DNA from: a virus
Taxonomy: Duplodnaviria > Caudoviricetes
Virus record (IMG/VR): IMGVR_UViG_3300020391_000001
Location: 1-59,212 of that record
Length of the DNA: 59,212 nucleotides
Strand: one strand, 5' to 3'
Under the pieces are notes generated by a model, which saw only the letters and a program-made list of their open reading frames with translations, searched no databases and was not told the origin of the DNA. Below are positions 8,616-18,871 of this stretch, one piece after another. A program made the translations under genes and the position numbers. Each line of letters opens with the position of its first letter. The first letter of the stretch is position 1.

Positions 8616-10304
8616 ATGGCTTTACAAACATATACGGTAACCGTAGCATCAGGAAATGCCTATGGGGGAGGCACAGGTAATGTTTATTACCTAGATGGAG
8701 CAAGAAATTCTACTGGACCAGGCACCATATCGTGGGTTCAAGGTGCAACACTTAGATTCAACCAAAACGATTATACAAATGCTAATCACCCACTAATTTT
8801 TTCGTCAACAACAAGTCAATCTGATTACTTAACATCTGGTGTTACTTATTACTTAGATGGAGTTACAACATATTCTAATTACGTTAACACCACCAACTTT
8901 AATGCAGCTACAGTACGATACGTTGAAGTAACTCCATCCTCGCAAACAGATTTTTATTATCTTTGTTACATCCATGGTATTGGTATGGGTGGTATTTTCG
9001 ATATCACTTCAACCACATGGGGAGCATTAACATGGGGTGAGGGTTTATGGAGTCAACAAGGAAACATGGATGTATCTGTTTCTGGTATGTCACTTACATC
9101 TGCAATCGGTAGTGAAACGGTTTCAGCTAATGCTGATGTAAGCGTATCTGGAATATCTCTTACTTCCACAATAGGTACAGCTCTTGGTTTTTCTCTACAC
9201 ACTGAAGTTGTAACAGGACAATCTGCAAGTGCATCAGTAAGTTCAGTGGTTGCAGGTACTGGAGATATTGTAGGATTATCAGCTGCAGGTCAATTGACTT
9301 CATCAATTGGATCAGTGACAGCCACTGGTGTAATTCAAGTTGGATGGGGTGGAGATACTTGGGGTGAAAACGAATGGGGAGATCTTTCTGGATCTAATCC
9401 TATAGCAGTTGGATCACAAGCATCTTTTTCTATTGGTGCCTTAGCAAGCGTTACTGGAAATGCTGATGTATCTGTAACAGGAATATCTTTGACATCTACT
9501 ATAGGTGCTAATATTTCTGGAACATCACATACTCAAATTGTAACTGGCCAACAATTAACAATGTCTTCTGAATCAAGCGTGGTCGATATAGGTGTGCCTG
9601 TTACTGGTATTTCATCAACTATGACTGCAGGTCAAACAACAATTGATCCTGAATTTTTAGTAGGAATAGGATGGGGTAGAGATACTTGGGGTAATCAAAG
9701 TTGGGGTCAAGCAGATTCAGTTGCTGCAAGTGGTCAAGTTTTAACGTCAGCAATTGGAAGCACTTCTGTTGTAACTGATGTAAGTGTTTCTGTTTCTGGT
9801 CAATCAATCGGAATGACGTTTGGAGTTTACTCAACATCTGCAGATTTTAATTTATCAGTAACTGTAGCTGAACACACACTTAACTCATCATTAGGATCTT
9901 TTTCATTAGAACAAACAACTAATGAATCTATTAGTGGCCAATCTGTAAGCACTTCAATTGGAGATCCAGTTGCAGGTTTATTCTTAGATGTTCCTGTAAC
10001 ATCACCTTCTATGTCATTGAGCTTAGGAACTCAAACACTAGAACAAAATACGGTAGAATCCCCTAGTGGTAATCAAGCAACTATGTCAATAGGAGCAGCT
10101 GTAGCTGTGCCTAGTGTAGAGGTTAACGTTACAGGTTCATCAATTACTGCATCTTTAGGAGAAGAAGCTACTGTAGCAAGTTCTGTCGTAACTCCAACAG
10201 GCATAGAATTGACAGCATCAATAGGAAGCGTTAATATAACTGCGTGGTCTGAAATAGACCTAGGAGTATCAAATACTTGGACAGAGGTTGATTTAGCTGC
10301 CTAG
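8616..10304 (+). CDS. Repetitive Ser/Thr/Gly-rich tail or fibre protein
   Basis: Recurrent VSGxSLTSxIG repeats and WGxxxWG motifs; N-terminal YYLCYIHGIGMG cupredoxin-like signature. Confidence 0.7.
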   Translation: MALQTYTVTVASGNAYGGGTGNVYYLDGARNSTGPGTISWVQGATLRFNQNDYTNANHPLIFSSTTSQSDYLTSGVTYYLDGVTTYSNYVNTTNFNAATVRYVEVTPSSQTDFYYLCYIHGIGMGGIFDITSTTWGALTWGEGLWSQQGNMDVSVSGMSLTSAIGSETVSANADVSVSGISLTSTIGTALGFSLHTEVVTGQSASASVSSVVAGTGDIVGLSAAGQLTSSIGSVTATGVIQVGWGGDTWGENEWGDLSGSNPIAVGSQASFSIGALASVTGNADVSVTGISLTSTIGANISGTSHTQIVTGQQLTMSSESSVVDIGVPVTGISSTMTAGQTTIDPEFLVGIGWGRDTWGNQSWGQADSVAASGQVLTSAIGSTSVVTDVSVSVSGQSIGMTFGVYSTSADFNLSVTVAEHTLNSSLGSFSLEQTTNESISGQSVSTSIGDPVAGLFLDVPVTSPSMSLSLGTQTLEQNTVESPSGNQATMSIGAAVAVPSVEVNVTGSSITASLGEEATVASSVVTPTGIELTASIGSVNITAWSEIDLGVSNTWTEVDLAA

Positions 10305-10341
10305 TTCATGTAAAATATAAAGTAATTAAGGAGAATTTTTT

Positions 10342-11571
10342 ATGGCATCAACTTACTCAAGTGATCTTAAATTAGAATTAATGGCTACCGGTGAAAACGC
10401 TGGTACATGGGGAGATAAAACAAATACCAATTTAAATTTAGTGCAACAAGCAGTTGCAGGTTTTGAGCAAGTAACACTTTCAAGTGGTGGTACTTTAGCT
10501 CTTGCAATGTCTGACGGTGCAATATCAAACGCTAGAAATTTAGTAATTAAATTTGCGACAGCATCAATTGCTGCAAGTACAGTTTGTACAATACCAGATT
10601 CAATCGAAAAATTTTATATTTTTGATGCAACAGGATTAACAAATCCAACAAACCTTACAATTAAAACTGCATCAGGAACAGGATTTACTTTAGACCAAGC
10701 AAAAATTTATGCAGCTTATTCAGATGGAACTAACCTGAATGAAATTTCTTTAGATACTTTGGGTGGAACTGTTGCAGCAGCAAATTTAACAGGCACAATC
10801 GCAACTGCACAAATCGCTGATGATGCTGTAACTTTTGCAAAAATGCAAGACACTACAACTGCAAATAGAGTTTTAGGAGCAGCCTCTGCTGGAACTATTG
10901 GTGAAGTACAAGTTGCTACTGATATGATTGCTGATGACGCTGTTACTGCAGACAAACTAGCAAACACTTCTGTTACTGCAGCATCATATACAACGGCTGA
11001 TATAACTGTTGATGCTCAAGGAAGAATTACTGCAGCTTCATCTGGGTCTGGAGGTGGAGGAGCAACTCTATTTAGATTAGTAGCTAATAGCGGAAATGGA
11101 ACTTTAACAACACAAGCAAATTCAACTGGATTAGGCGCATTCATCGGCGGCGCGGGCGGCGGAGGCGGCGGCGGAAATGTTAACAACTATCATAATGGAG
11201 GCACTGGAGGAAGCGGTGGTTTTGGCTACTACAATCTTACTGTAGCAGGAAGCACTGGATATGCTTATTCGGTCGGATCTGGCGGTAGTGGAGGAAATTA
11301 TAACAATGGAGTAGGTTGGGGTAACGCTGGTAGTGCTGGCGGGAGTTCAACTTTAGCTCACGCTAATGGAACTGCAACTGTTACTGGAGGAAATGGCGGA
11401 AATGGTGCTCAAAATGGAAACGGAAGCAGTGGAAGTAGTGGAAGTGCTTCTGGATCTTTTACAAATGATAATTTTTTTGACATGACTACAGGCAGTGGTG
11501 GAAATGGCGGAGGTACTTATCAGGGCGGAGGCTCTGGCGGATCTGGAAAAATAGTAGTAATGGAAGGTTAA
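10342..11571 (+). CDS. Tail fibre protein with Gly-rich C-terminal domain
   Basis: MASTYS...LELMATGENAGTWG anchor; IADDAVT repeats; VDAQGRIT; Gly-rich tip. Confidence 0.8.
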   Translation: MASTYSSDLKLELMATGENAGTWGDKTNTNLNLVQQAVAGFEQVTLSSGGTLALAMSDGAISNARNLVIKFATASIAASTVCTIPDSIEKFYIFDATGLTNPTNLTIKTASGTGFTLDQAKIYAAYSDGTNLNEISLDTLGGTVAAANLTGTIATAQIADDAVTFAKMQDTTTANRVLGAASAGTIGEVQVATDMIADDAVTADKLANTSVTAASYTTADITVDAQGRITAASSGSGGGGATLFRLVANSGNGTLTTQANSTGLGAFIGGAGGGGGGGNVNNYHNGGTGGSGGFGYYNLTVAGSTGYAYSVGSGGSGGNYNNGVGWGNAGSAGGSSTLAHANGTATVTGGNGGNGAQNGNGSSGSSGSASGSFTNDNFFDMTTGSGGNGGGTYQGGGSGGSGKIVVMEG

Positions 11572-11572
11572 T

Positions 11573-12046
11573 ATGGCAAGTTTTATTTTTAATAAAGATC
11601 AAGCAAAAAATCAATCTACACTTGAAAGAATATGTCAAAGCGATGATGATTTACAATATTATTCTTCAAGTGATGTTAGTGACATTGTAACAGTAAGTGC
11701 AGAAGATTTTGCAAAAGTAAAAAATAACAATTGTATGATAGAATCACATGATGGAAATAATTTTACCTGGTTTGATCATGTAACATATGATACTTCTGTT
11801 CCTGTTTCTGAACGAGATACTAAAGAAATTTTGGGAGTTTATTTAAGTCATTTAGTTAAAGCAATAGATGAGTGGTTAGTTGAATTTCCATCACATGCAA
11901 AAACTTCAGAGTGGCAAAGTTACAGAGATTATTGTAATAATTTTGATGTTGATTCAATTAGTTATCCATTAGATAAGACATGGGAACAGTATTGTGCTGA
12001 CAATTCTATAAGCTATAAAAATATATTGGAATTACCTACAAATTAA
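11573..12046 (+). CDS. Hypothetical protein, possible tail fibre assembly chaperone
   Basis: Directly follows the tail fibre; EWQSYRDY motif. Confidence 0.5.
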   Translation: MASFIFNKDQAKNQSTLERICQSDDDLQYYSSSDVSDIVTVSAEDFAKVKNNNCMIESHDGNNFTWFDHVTYDTSVPVSERDTKEILGVYLSHLVKAIDEWLVEFPSHAKTSEWQSYRDYCNNFDVDSISYPLDKTWEQYCADNSISYKNILELPTN

Positions 12047-12058
12047 ATTATAACATCT

Positions 12059-12787
12059 TTGATGTTAACTAAGATAATTGAATTTAGTGCACCTAAAGAC
12101 TATGTAAAGGTTGAAGAAAATTTACCAGTACCAATAAAAACAAATCTACCTGCATGGTTTAAAAATTTATCTAATTCAGATGATGACATGACAATTAAAA
12201 AATGCATGCCATTTTTACAAACTTTAACGTCTGGTTATCTCTTAAAAACCCCAATCGATATTGAAATTAAACATAATTTTAAAAACGATCAAGGTGAAAG
12301 ACGTACATTTTTTAATACTCGTATGGCACAGGAAGCAAAAGGTAACATAAATATAAATACCCATGGACATGCACATTCTTTTACCCAACTTAAAAACTCA
12401 CCTTTTATTAAAAAAAATTTAGATTTTGATATTTATAAAATTTTAAATCCTTGGAAAATAAAAACACCGAAAGGTTATTCTTGTTTATGTTTACCTCCAC
12501 TTAATAATAGAGATGATAGATTTGAAATATTTTCAGGGATCGTTGAAACTGATGCACATGAAATAGAAATTAATTTTCCCTTTTGTGTCAACGGAGATAA
12601 ATACCCGGTTTTGAATACTACCATTAAAAAAGGAACACCCTATGTTCAAATAATACCATTTAAAAGAGATAACTGGAGCATAAAAATTTCTGAAAATATA
12701 AATGGTATGCAAAACCATTTTTCTTTTCTTACGTGGGCAAAAAAATTATATAAAGAAAAACTTTGGAAAAAAACAAGCTGGAAGTAA
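12059..12787 (+). CDS. Conserved marine phage hypothetical protein
   Basis: TIKKCMPF...GY...NPW.IKTPKGYS...GIVETD...GTP.VQIIPFKR. Confidence 0.75.
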   Translation: MMLTKIIEFSAPKDYVKVEENLPVPIKTNLPAWFKNLSNSDDDMTIKKCMPFLQTLTSGYLLKTPIDIEIKHNFKNDQGERRTFFNTRMAQEAKGNININTHGHAHSFTQLKNSPFIKKNLDFDIYKILNPWKIKTPKGYSCLCLPPLNNRDDRFEIFSGIVETDAHEIEINFPFCVNGDKYPVLNTTIKKGTPYVQIIPFKRDNWSIKISENINGMQNHFSFLTWAKKLYKEKLWKKTSWK

Positions 12788-13021
12788 ATGAAATTTTTAC
12801 AATATAAAGATGGCTCTTGCGATATTACTTTTACTGATGTTGAAATAGATGTAATAAACAAAAACAAAAAATTACATTTGACGAGCACTTCACTAAGACA
12901 TTTTGGAAATAATTTAATGAATATCGTTGTAGAACTAAATGATTTGTTGCCTGAAGAGGATAAAATTATTGGTACAGACAGCAATGAAATAAACACTGAA
13001 AATGATAAGAATACAAAATAA
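12788..13021 (+). CDS. Hypothetical protein
   Basis: Abuts the previous stop; 77 aa. Confidence 0.6.
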   Translation: MKFLQYKDGSCDITFTDVEIDVINKNKKLHLTSTSLRHFGNNLMNIVVELNDLLPEEDKIIGTDSNEINTENDKNTK

Positions 13022-13460
13022 TTTTTTAAATAATATTGATTTTAATAAGATTGAAAATTTAATAAATCATTTACACTTTAAAATTAATGGTGATTCAAAC
13101 CAACTTTTTATGTACCATGTATTTTTTAATCAAAAAATATCAAGTCCTTTTTTTCATGTAGTTAAACCCCTAGTGGAAGATATTGAAAAATTAGAATCTA
13201 TTATTTTATATATAGTACCTGCCTCAACTAAAAATAAAATTATATTTAAAGAAATTATAGAACCATTAAATATAAAAAACACTACAACATCTATTTATTT
13301 TATAAATAAAAATAATGGCTACCTTAAATTTTTTGGTTTAAATGATATTTACCCTGAGCAAAATAGAATTTTTACATTTGATTCTAATTTTAAAATAGAA
13401 AATAATACCTGCACAGACGCTGTGTTTAAGGGGTTTATAGAGGTAGTTAACACTAAATAA
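13002..13460 (+). CDS. Degenerate 2OG-Fe(II) oxygenase-like protein
   Basis: IQNNFL, TTSIYFI..NNGY and NRIFTFDS..TCTD scaffold, but no HxD and no distal His. Confidence 0.6.
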   Translation: MIRIQNNFLNNIDFNKIENLINHLHFKINGDSNQLFMYHVFFNQKISSPFFHVVKPLVEDIEKLESIILYIVPASTKNKIIFKEIIEPLNIKNTTTSIYFINKNNGYLKFFGLNDIYPEQNRIFTFDSNFKIENNTCTDAVFKGFIEVVNTK

Positions 13461-13480
13461 AATTAATGATATAATATTGT

Positions 13481-15640
13481 ATGCCATTAACAAAAGTAAA
13501 TATAGCTCCAGGTTTCAATAAACAACTTACCCAAACAGGTGCGGAGGGTAAATGGACTGATGGTGATTTTGTGAGATTTAGATATGGATTGCCAGAAAAA
13601 ATTGGAGGTTGGGAACAATTATTAGAAAGCACTTTAGTAGGTGCAGCAAGAGAACAATTTATTTGGGCTGATTTAGATGGAAGAAAATACTCTGCAATAG
13701 GAACTAACAAAGTATTAGTCGTTTATTATGAGGGAGCTTTTTTTGACATAACACCTCTAGGCACAGCTTTAACTGGATGTACTTTTGATACTGTTAATAC
13801 CTCAGCAACAGTAACTGTAAACAAACCAGCACATGGTCTAGAGCCGGGAGACATATTTATTTTTTCATCAGTAACCCCTCCATCAGGTGCGGGATATACT
13901 GCAGCAAATTTCACAACAAACCCTTTTCAAGTAATAACCGTTCCAGGTAGTGATGAATTTACTATTACAATGGCTAGCGCAGCAGGGACAACGGTCAACG
14001 GATCGGGTTCTGCAACAGTCACACCGTATATAAAACCAGGAGCTTTAGGTTCAACATTTGGATTTGGATGGGGCACAGGTCTTTGGGGTGGTGGTCAACA
14101 AGTATTTAGCACTCTTAACGGAGCACTACTAGATGACACTGCGGGGACCGGAGGATCGGGAACTTCAATTACCTTAACATCAACAGCAAATTTTCCAGCA
14201 ACTGGCACAATAAAAGTTGGGGCTGAATTTATTTCTTACACAGGAATATCAACTAACGATCTAACAGGTATCACAAGAGCCGCAGCAGGGACAAGAAGTG
14301 CGCATTCTAGTGGTGCTGGAGTTGAAGCATTTACTGGATGGGGCGTAGAATCATTATCTCAAACATTAACAGTAGATCCTGCCTCATGGTCTTTAGATAA
14401 TTTTGGTGAACAACTTATTGCAACAATAAAAAATGGACAGTCTTTTTCTTGGAACCCAATTAATTCAAATGCAAATGCATTAAATACTAGAGCTGTACTT
14501 ATATCAAATGCTCCTACCGCATCTGTTATGTCTTTAGTTTCAGATCGTGATAGGCACTTAATTATGTTAGGAACAGAAACAACTATTGGCACGCCAGGCT
14601 CACAAGATAAAATGTTTATAAGATTTTCTGATCAAGAAGATATTACTGATTATACTCCAACCTCTGTTAATACTGCTGGTACATTTAGATTAGACTCAGG
14701 TACAAAAATAGTAGGAGCAATTAAAGGTAAAGATTATACTTTCATTGTGACAGATAATGCTGCATATGTAATGCAATTTGTAGGACCGCCTTTTACATTT
14801 TCTATTAGACAGGTTGGATCTAATTGTGGATGTATAGGGCAACACGCAATAAAATATGTAAATGGAATAGTTTATTGGATGGGTGAGTCAGGTGGTTTCT
14901 TTGTTTATGATGGAACTGTCAAATCATTACCTTGTGCAGTTGAAGATTTTGTATTTACAACAAAGAATGGTAATAACTTAGGAATAAATTATTCAGCTGG
15001 CGAATCAGTTTATGTTGGCCTAAATCATTTATACGAAGAAATATGTTGGTACTATCCACAAGCAACCTCTGATTTTAATAACAGATATGTTTGTTACAAT
15101 TACCAAGACGGAACTTGGGTTACTGGATCTTTATCTAGAACGACTTGGGTAGATGCAAATTTATATGATAATCCATACGCGACAGAATTTACATCTACAG
15201 GTGTTCCTACGTTTCCTACTATACAAGGTGTAACAAATATAAATGGATCAACTAAGTATTTTGAACACGAAAAAGGTGTTAACGAAGTTGACACTGCTGG
15301 AAATAAAACAGCTATACCTGCCTTTATTGAATCTGGAGATTTTAGTTTAAATCCTGATGGTACTAATGGTGAATTTTTTATGAGTATGCGAAGATTTGTA
15401 CCCGATTTTAAAACTATAGAGGGTGACGCACAAGTAACCATATTATTAAGAGACTTCCCAAGTGATACAGAAGTATCATCTCCTTTAGGACCTTTTACGG
15501 TTACCGGATCAACACAAAAAGTGGACACTAGGGCAAGAGCTAGATTTGCAAGTTTAAAAATAGCTAACACATCAACAGACCAAAATTGGAGGTTTGGTAC
15601 TTTTAGGGCTGATGTACAACTTGATGGAATGAGGGGATGA
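13481..15640 (+). CDS. Tail nozzle / DNA stabilisation protein (P22 gp10-like)
   Basis: 719 aa; VRFRYGLPEKIGGW, IRFSDQED and beta-propeller-like repeats. Confidence 0.7.
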   Translation: MPLTKVNIAPGFNKQLTQTGAEGKWTDGDFVRFRYGLPEKIGGWEQLLESTLVGAAREQFIWADLDGRKYSAIGTNKVLVVYYEGAFFDITPLGTALTGCTFDTVNTSATVTVNKPAHGLEPGDIFIFSSVTPPSGAGYTAANFTTNPFQVITVPGSDEFTITMASAAGTTVNGSGSATVTPYIKPGALGSTFGFGWGTGLWGGGQQVFSTLNGALLDDTAGTGGSGTSITLTSTANFPATGTIKVGAEFISYTGISTNDLTGITRAAAGTRSAHSSGAGVEAFTGWGVESLSQTLTVDPASWSLDNFGEQLIATIKNGQSFSWNPINSNANALNTRAVLISNAPTASVMSLVSDRDRHLIMLGTETTIGTPGSQDKMFIRFSDQEDITDYTPTSVNTAGTFRLDSGTKIVGAIKGKDYTFIVTDNAAYVMQFVGPPFTFSIRQVGSNCGCIGQHAIKYVNGIVYWMGESGGFFVYDGTVKSLPCAVEDFVFTTKNGNNLGINYSAGESVYVGLNHLYEEICWYYPQATSDFNNRYVCYNYQDGTWVTGSLSRTTWVDANLYDNPYATEFTSTGVPTFPTIQGVTNINGSTKYFEHEKGVNEVDTAGNKTAIPAFIESGDFSLNPDGTNGEFFMSMRRFVPDFKTIEGDAQVTILLRDFPSDTEVSSPLGPFTVTGSTQKVDTRARARFASLKIANTSTDQNWRFGTFRADVQLDGMRG

Positions 15641-16209
15641 TGGATCCAATAGAAGCACAAATTCAAGCACAACTTAATAATATAAAAAATCAACAAGGCT
15701 TTTCTAATTATACACCGTCTTTTGAACAAAACTTACAACCACAAGGTATTGCGCCTCTTATAAATTCTGATATGCAAAATAATTTTGTTATGGGACCAGT
15801 GCAAATTGATCCAAAAGAAGTTGCAGAAAATATTATTAAAAATCAAGCTGTTAAATTTGCTAGTCGCAAATTAGGTTTAGGTCAGATTGGACAAAATGTA
15901 TTGGGTTCTATGGTTGGTCTTTCTTCTGTGCCTTTTGCACCATTAACTGCTGTAAGTGCTTTAACAGGAGTATCATCAGGAATAGCAAATGTTTTGAGAA
16001 ACAAAAGAGTGAAAAAAGCAATCATGAGAGATGTAAATAGAGACAAACAAGGAGACATCACAACAGTTAATTTGCAAAATAAAGGAAGCCCTAACCCTTA
16101 TAGTGGAGGCAGTGGTGGAGTTCAATCTGGAATGGCTTCACAAGGTCAAAAAGATGCTGGTCCTGGTTTTAGTGGAAGTGGTTCTGCTGCAGAGATGGGA
16201 AGTTTTTAA
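15637..16209 (+). CDS. Hypothetical (possible internal virion) protein
   Basis: ATGA overlap; Q/G/S-rich. Confidence 0.6.
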   Translation: MMDPIEAQIQAQLNNIKNQQGFSNYTPSFEQNLQPQGIAPLINSDMQNNFVMGPVQIDPKEVAENIIKNQAVKFASRKLGLGQIGQNVLGSMVGLSSVPFAPLTAVSALTGVSSGIANVLRNKRVKKAIMRDVNRDKQGDITTVNLQNKGSPNPYSGGSGGVQSGMASQGQKDAGPGFSGSGSAAEMGSF

Positions 16210-16373
16210 TGGCTAGAGTAGATATTGTTATACCTGAACCAACGCCACAGTACACTGCAGAGAATCAAAGACAGGTGACTCAGTCTTTACGAACGATGCA
16301 AGATAAGTTAAACACTTCATATCAACAAGAATTAAAAAATGAACAAGATACTTTTACTTTCTTTTTATCATGA
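16209..16373 (+). CDS. Small virion-associated protein (54 aa, not in ORF track)
   Basis: TAATG and ATGA coupling; MARVDIVIPEPTPQY... Confidence 0.7.
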   Translation: MARVDIVIPEPTPQYTAENQRQVTQSLRTMQDKLNTSYQQELKNEQDTFTFFLS

Positions 16374-16711
16374 CAATACAATATAAAAACCAAGGAATTA
16401 ATTTAAGCACTACTGGAACTACGAGTGTTTTTACAGCACCCTCTGATGCAACTATATTAATTAAACAGGTACAAGTAAATAATGGTTCTACAGGAGCTGT
16501 AAATTTAAGTGTTCAAGTTACTGACACATCAGCGTCAACAACATTTAGAATTTTCAATCAATCTTTGACTGCTTCCTCAACTACAGATATTATAAACCAC
16601 ACTCTAATACTAGAAGCTAGTGATATTTTAAAAATGACAGCTGGTACAGCAGATGAAATACAAGGTATAATTTCTTATGCTCAGCTAGATAGATCACAGG
16701 AAAATGGCTAA
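16370..16711 (+). CDS. Small tail/virion beta-sandwich protein
   Basis: YKNQG...LILEASDILK pattern; structural context. Confidence 0.65.
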   Translation: MTIQYKNQGINLSTTGTTSVFTAPSDATILIKQVQVNNGSTGAVNLSVQVTDTSASTTFRIFNQSLTASSTTDIINHTLILEASDILKMTAGTADEIQGIISYAQLDRSQENG

Positions 16712-16838
16712 ACGTACATTTAAACATTTTACACCCAGACCAAAACCAAAAAAACGAATAAGACAGCACAAAAAAAATCTTTCAAAATCCGAAAAAAGAA
16801 GTTATAAGAAGTACAACAGACAAGGAAGACCACAATGA
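16704..16838 (+). CDS. Small very basic protein (44 aa)
   Basis: MAKRTFKHFTPRPKPKKR...YKKYNRQGR; coupled to its neighbours. Confidence 0.65.
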   Translation: MAKRTFKHFTPRPKPKKRIRQHKKNLSKSEKRSYKKYNRQGRPQ

Positions 16839-17035
16839 GTGATTTACCAAGAATACCAGCTGAAGCTAAAGAAATTATTAAACACAAAAGAACAGGAAAA
16901 GTTTATGATACTAAAGCTTCCTTTGATGCTGATGTTGCTGATCCCAATACTGATACTACTCAAGATGATTTTAGGCAAGACTTAGAAATCACCGTAACTA
17001 GAGCAGGAGTAATGGGTGCTAAAACAAAGGAATAA
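16835..17035 (+). CDS. Hypothetical protein
   Basis: Coupled ORF, 66 aa. Confidence 0.65.
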   Translation: MSDLPRIPAEAKEIIKHKRTGKVYDTKASFDADVADPNTDTTQDDFRQDLEITVTRAGVMGAKTKE

Positions 17036-17964
17036 TGAAACCTAGAGGCGCAACAGAACTTCAACATGAGCTATTAGAAAAATATGTTTCAAAAGATTTA
17101 CTAGATAAATTTCAAATCTGCACATCAATTCCTGGTAAAGTACCGTTAGATCCAAATAAAATTAATATACTCTGGCAAAAGAACTCTTGGGATCAACCAA
17201 ATTTCCAATGGTTTTTTAGAGATAAAACAAAACATAATGATTATGATTGGTATGTTTTTAATTCACATTGGAACTATGAAAAGTTTAGATATTTTTTTCA
17301 AATACCTGAAGATAAATGTATTGTTATAAAGAATGGTGCTACTCATTTTCCTAAAAGAAAAATATACAAAAAGGGAGATCCAATAAGAATAATACATCAT
17401 TGCACTCCTTGGAGAGGATTAAATGTTTTATTATTGGCTATGCAATATGTAAGAAGTCAACATATAACACTTGATGTATACAGTTCAAATGAAGTATATG
17501 GATCTGAATTTGCAAATAGAGTAAACAAAGATACCAAAGATTTAATTGACCAAGCAAAAAAATTACCAAACGTAAATTACATAGGTCATAAACCGAATGA
17601 ATATATACTAGAGCATATGTCTAATTATGATTTATTTGTGTATCCCTCAATATTTGAAGAAACATTCTGTGCCTCAGCTTTAGAAGCACTTGCTGCAGGT
17701 CTTCATGTAATTACTACAAACTTTGGAGCACTGCCAGAAACTTGTGCTGAATGGCCTATATATGTAAATTATTCTAAAAATTTTGAGCTACTAGCCACAA
17801 GTATTGCTGGAGCGATTGAAATAGCAGGACAGTATTTGCATACGGATACAATACAAAATCATTTAAATGAACAACAAAAATATTATAAAAATTTTTATAG
17901 TTGGGATAAGAAAGCTATAGAATGGGAAAATTTTTTGAAAGGAGCCCTAAGTGTCAAGCAGTAA
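17035..17964 (+). CDS. Glycosyltransferase, GT-B (GT4-like)
   Basis: RGLNVLL...YPSIFEETFCASALEALAAG...GALPE. Confidence 0.88.
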   Translation: MKPRGATELQHELLEKYVSKDLLDKFQICTSIPGKVPLDPNKINILWQKNSWDQPNFQWFFRDKTKHNDYDWYVFNSHWNYEKFRYFFQIPEDKCIVIKNGATHFPKRKIYKKGDPIRIIHHCTPWRGLNVLLLAMQYVRSQHITLDVYSSNEVYGSEFANRVNKDTKDLIDQAKKLPNVNYIGHKPNEYILEHMSNYDLFVYPSIFEETFCASALEALAAGLHVITTNFGALPETCAEWPIYVNYSKNFELLATSIAGAIEIAGQYLHTDTIQNHLNEQQKYYKNFYSWDKKAIEWENFLKGALSVKQ

Positions 17965-18826
17965 ATACATTAATGAAGATACATATCAAACATTACAAGA
18001 AGTAAACATAGAAACACAATCTGATTATGAAAAAGCGATAGAGCCGTTGTGGAAAGAAAATAAAGACCAGTTTAAAGATATAGAAATATTTGTAGCTACG
18101 CCAGTGCATAGTGAGGTTTCTATACATTATACTCAAGCTTTAATTGAATTTCAACAAGAGTGTTTTCAAAAAAAACTTAAAGTATCTTTTCATTTAATTA
18201 AATCATCATTAGTAACTCAAGGAAGAAATTTATCTGTGGCTGGTTTTTTAGGCTCAAAAGCAACACATTTGTTATTTATTGATTCTGACATTTATTTTCA
18301 AGGTAAATCAATATTCGCTATGCTAAAAGCAGACAAAGATATTATTTCTGTGCCTTACCCACTTAAAACTTTAATGTGGGATAAGGCTTTTGAAAAAATG
18401 AAACAAGGGAAAATCAAATCACCAGATGATATAAGAAAATCATTACATACATATCCAATGAAAGTCCCTGATCCAAACGATATTAAATTAAATAAAGGTG
18501 TAATGGAGGTAACAGACTCTCCTACAGGATGTATGCTAATTAAAAGAGAAGTTATAGATAAAATGATACAAAAATATCCTGACAAAGAGATAGTGCAAAA
18601 GACAGTAATAAACGGAAAATTTGTCAATAAACCTAATATGTGGAACTTTTTTGATACACTACATGACCCTAAAGAGAAAACCTATAATGGTGAGGATTTT
18701 GCCTTTTGCAAATTATGGAGAGACTTAGGTGGTAAATGCTTTGCTTATGTAAACGATTCTATTGTCCATATTGGTGAGCATCAATATCACGGCAGATTTT
18801 ATGATGAGTTGATATCAGCTAAGTAA
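17951..18826 (+). CDS. Glycosyltransferase, GT-A (GT2-like)
   Basis: VATP...RN...THLLFIDSD (DxD)...TGCMLIKR...GEDFAFC...HIG. Confidence 0.8.
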   Translation: MSSSKYINEDTYQTLQEVNIETQSDYEKAIEPLWKENKDQFKDIEIFVATPVHSEVSIHYTQALIEFQQECFQKKLKVSFHLIKSSLVTQGRNLSVAGFLGSKATHLLFIDSDIYFQGKSIFAMLKADKDIISVPYPLKTLMWDKAFEKMKQGKIKSPDDIRKSLHTYPMKVPDPNDIKLNKGVMEVTDSPTGCMLIKREVIDKMIQKYPDKEIVQKTVINGKFVNKPNMWNFFDTLHDPKEKTYNGEDFAFCKLWRDLGGKCFAYVNDSIVHIGEHQYHGRFYDELISAK

Positions 18827-18871
18827 AATGGTATTATTAAAGACTTAAGATCTTAAAAGGAGAATTTAATA

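Noticed and set aside
11140-11571. GGC/GGA repeats as a DNA element
   Set aside because: Explained by the glycine-rich tail fibre tip.
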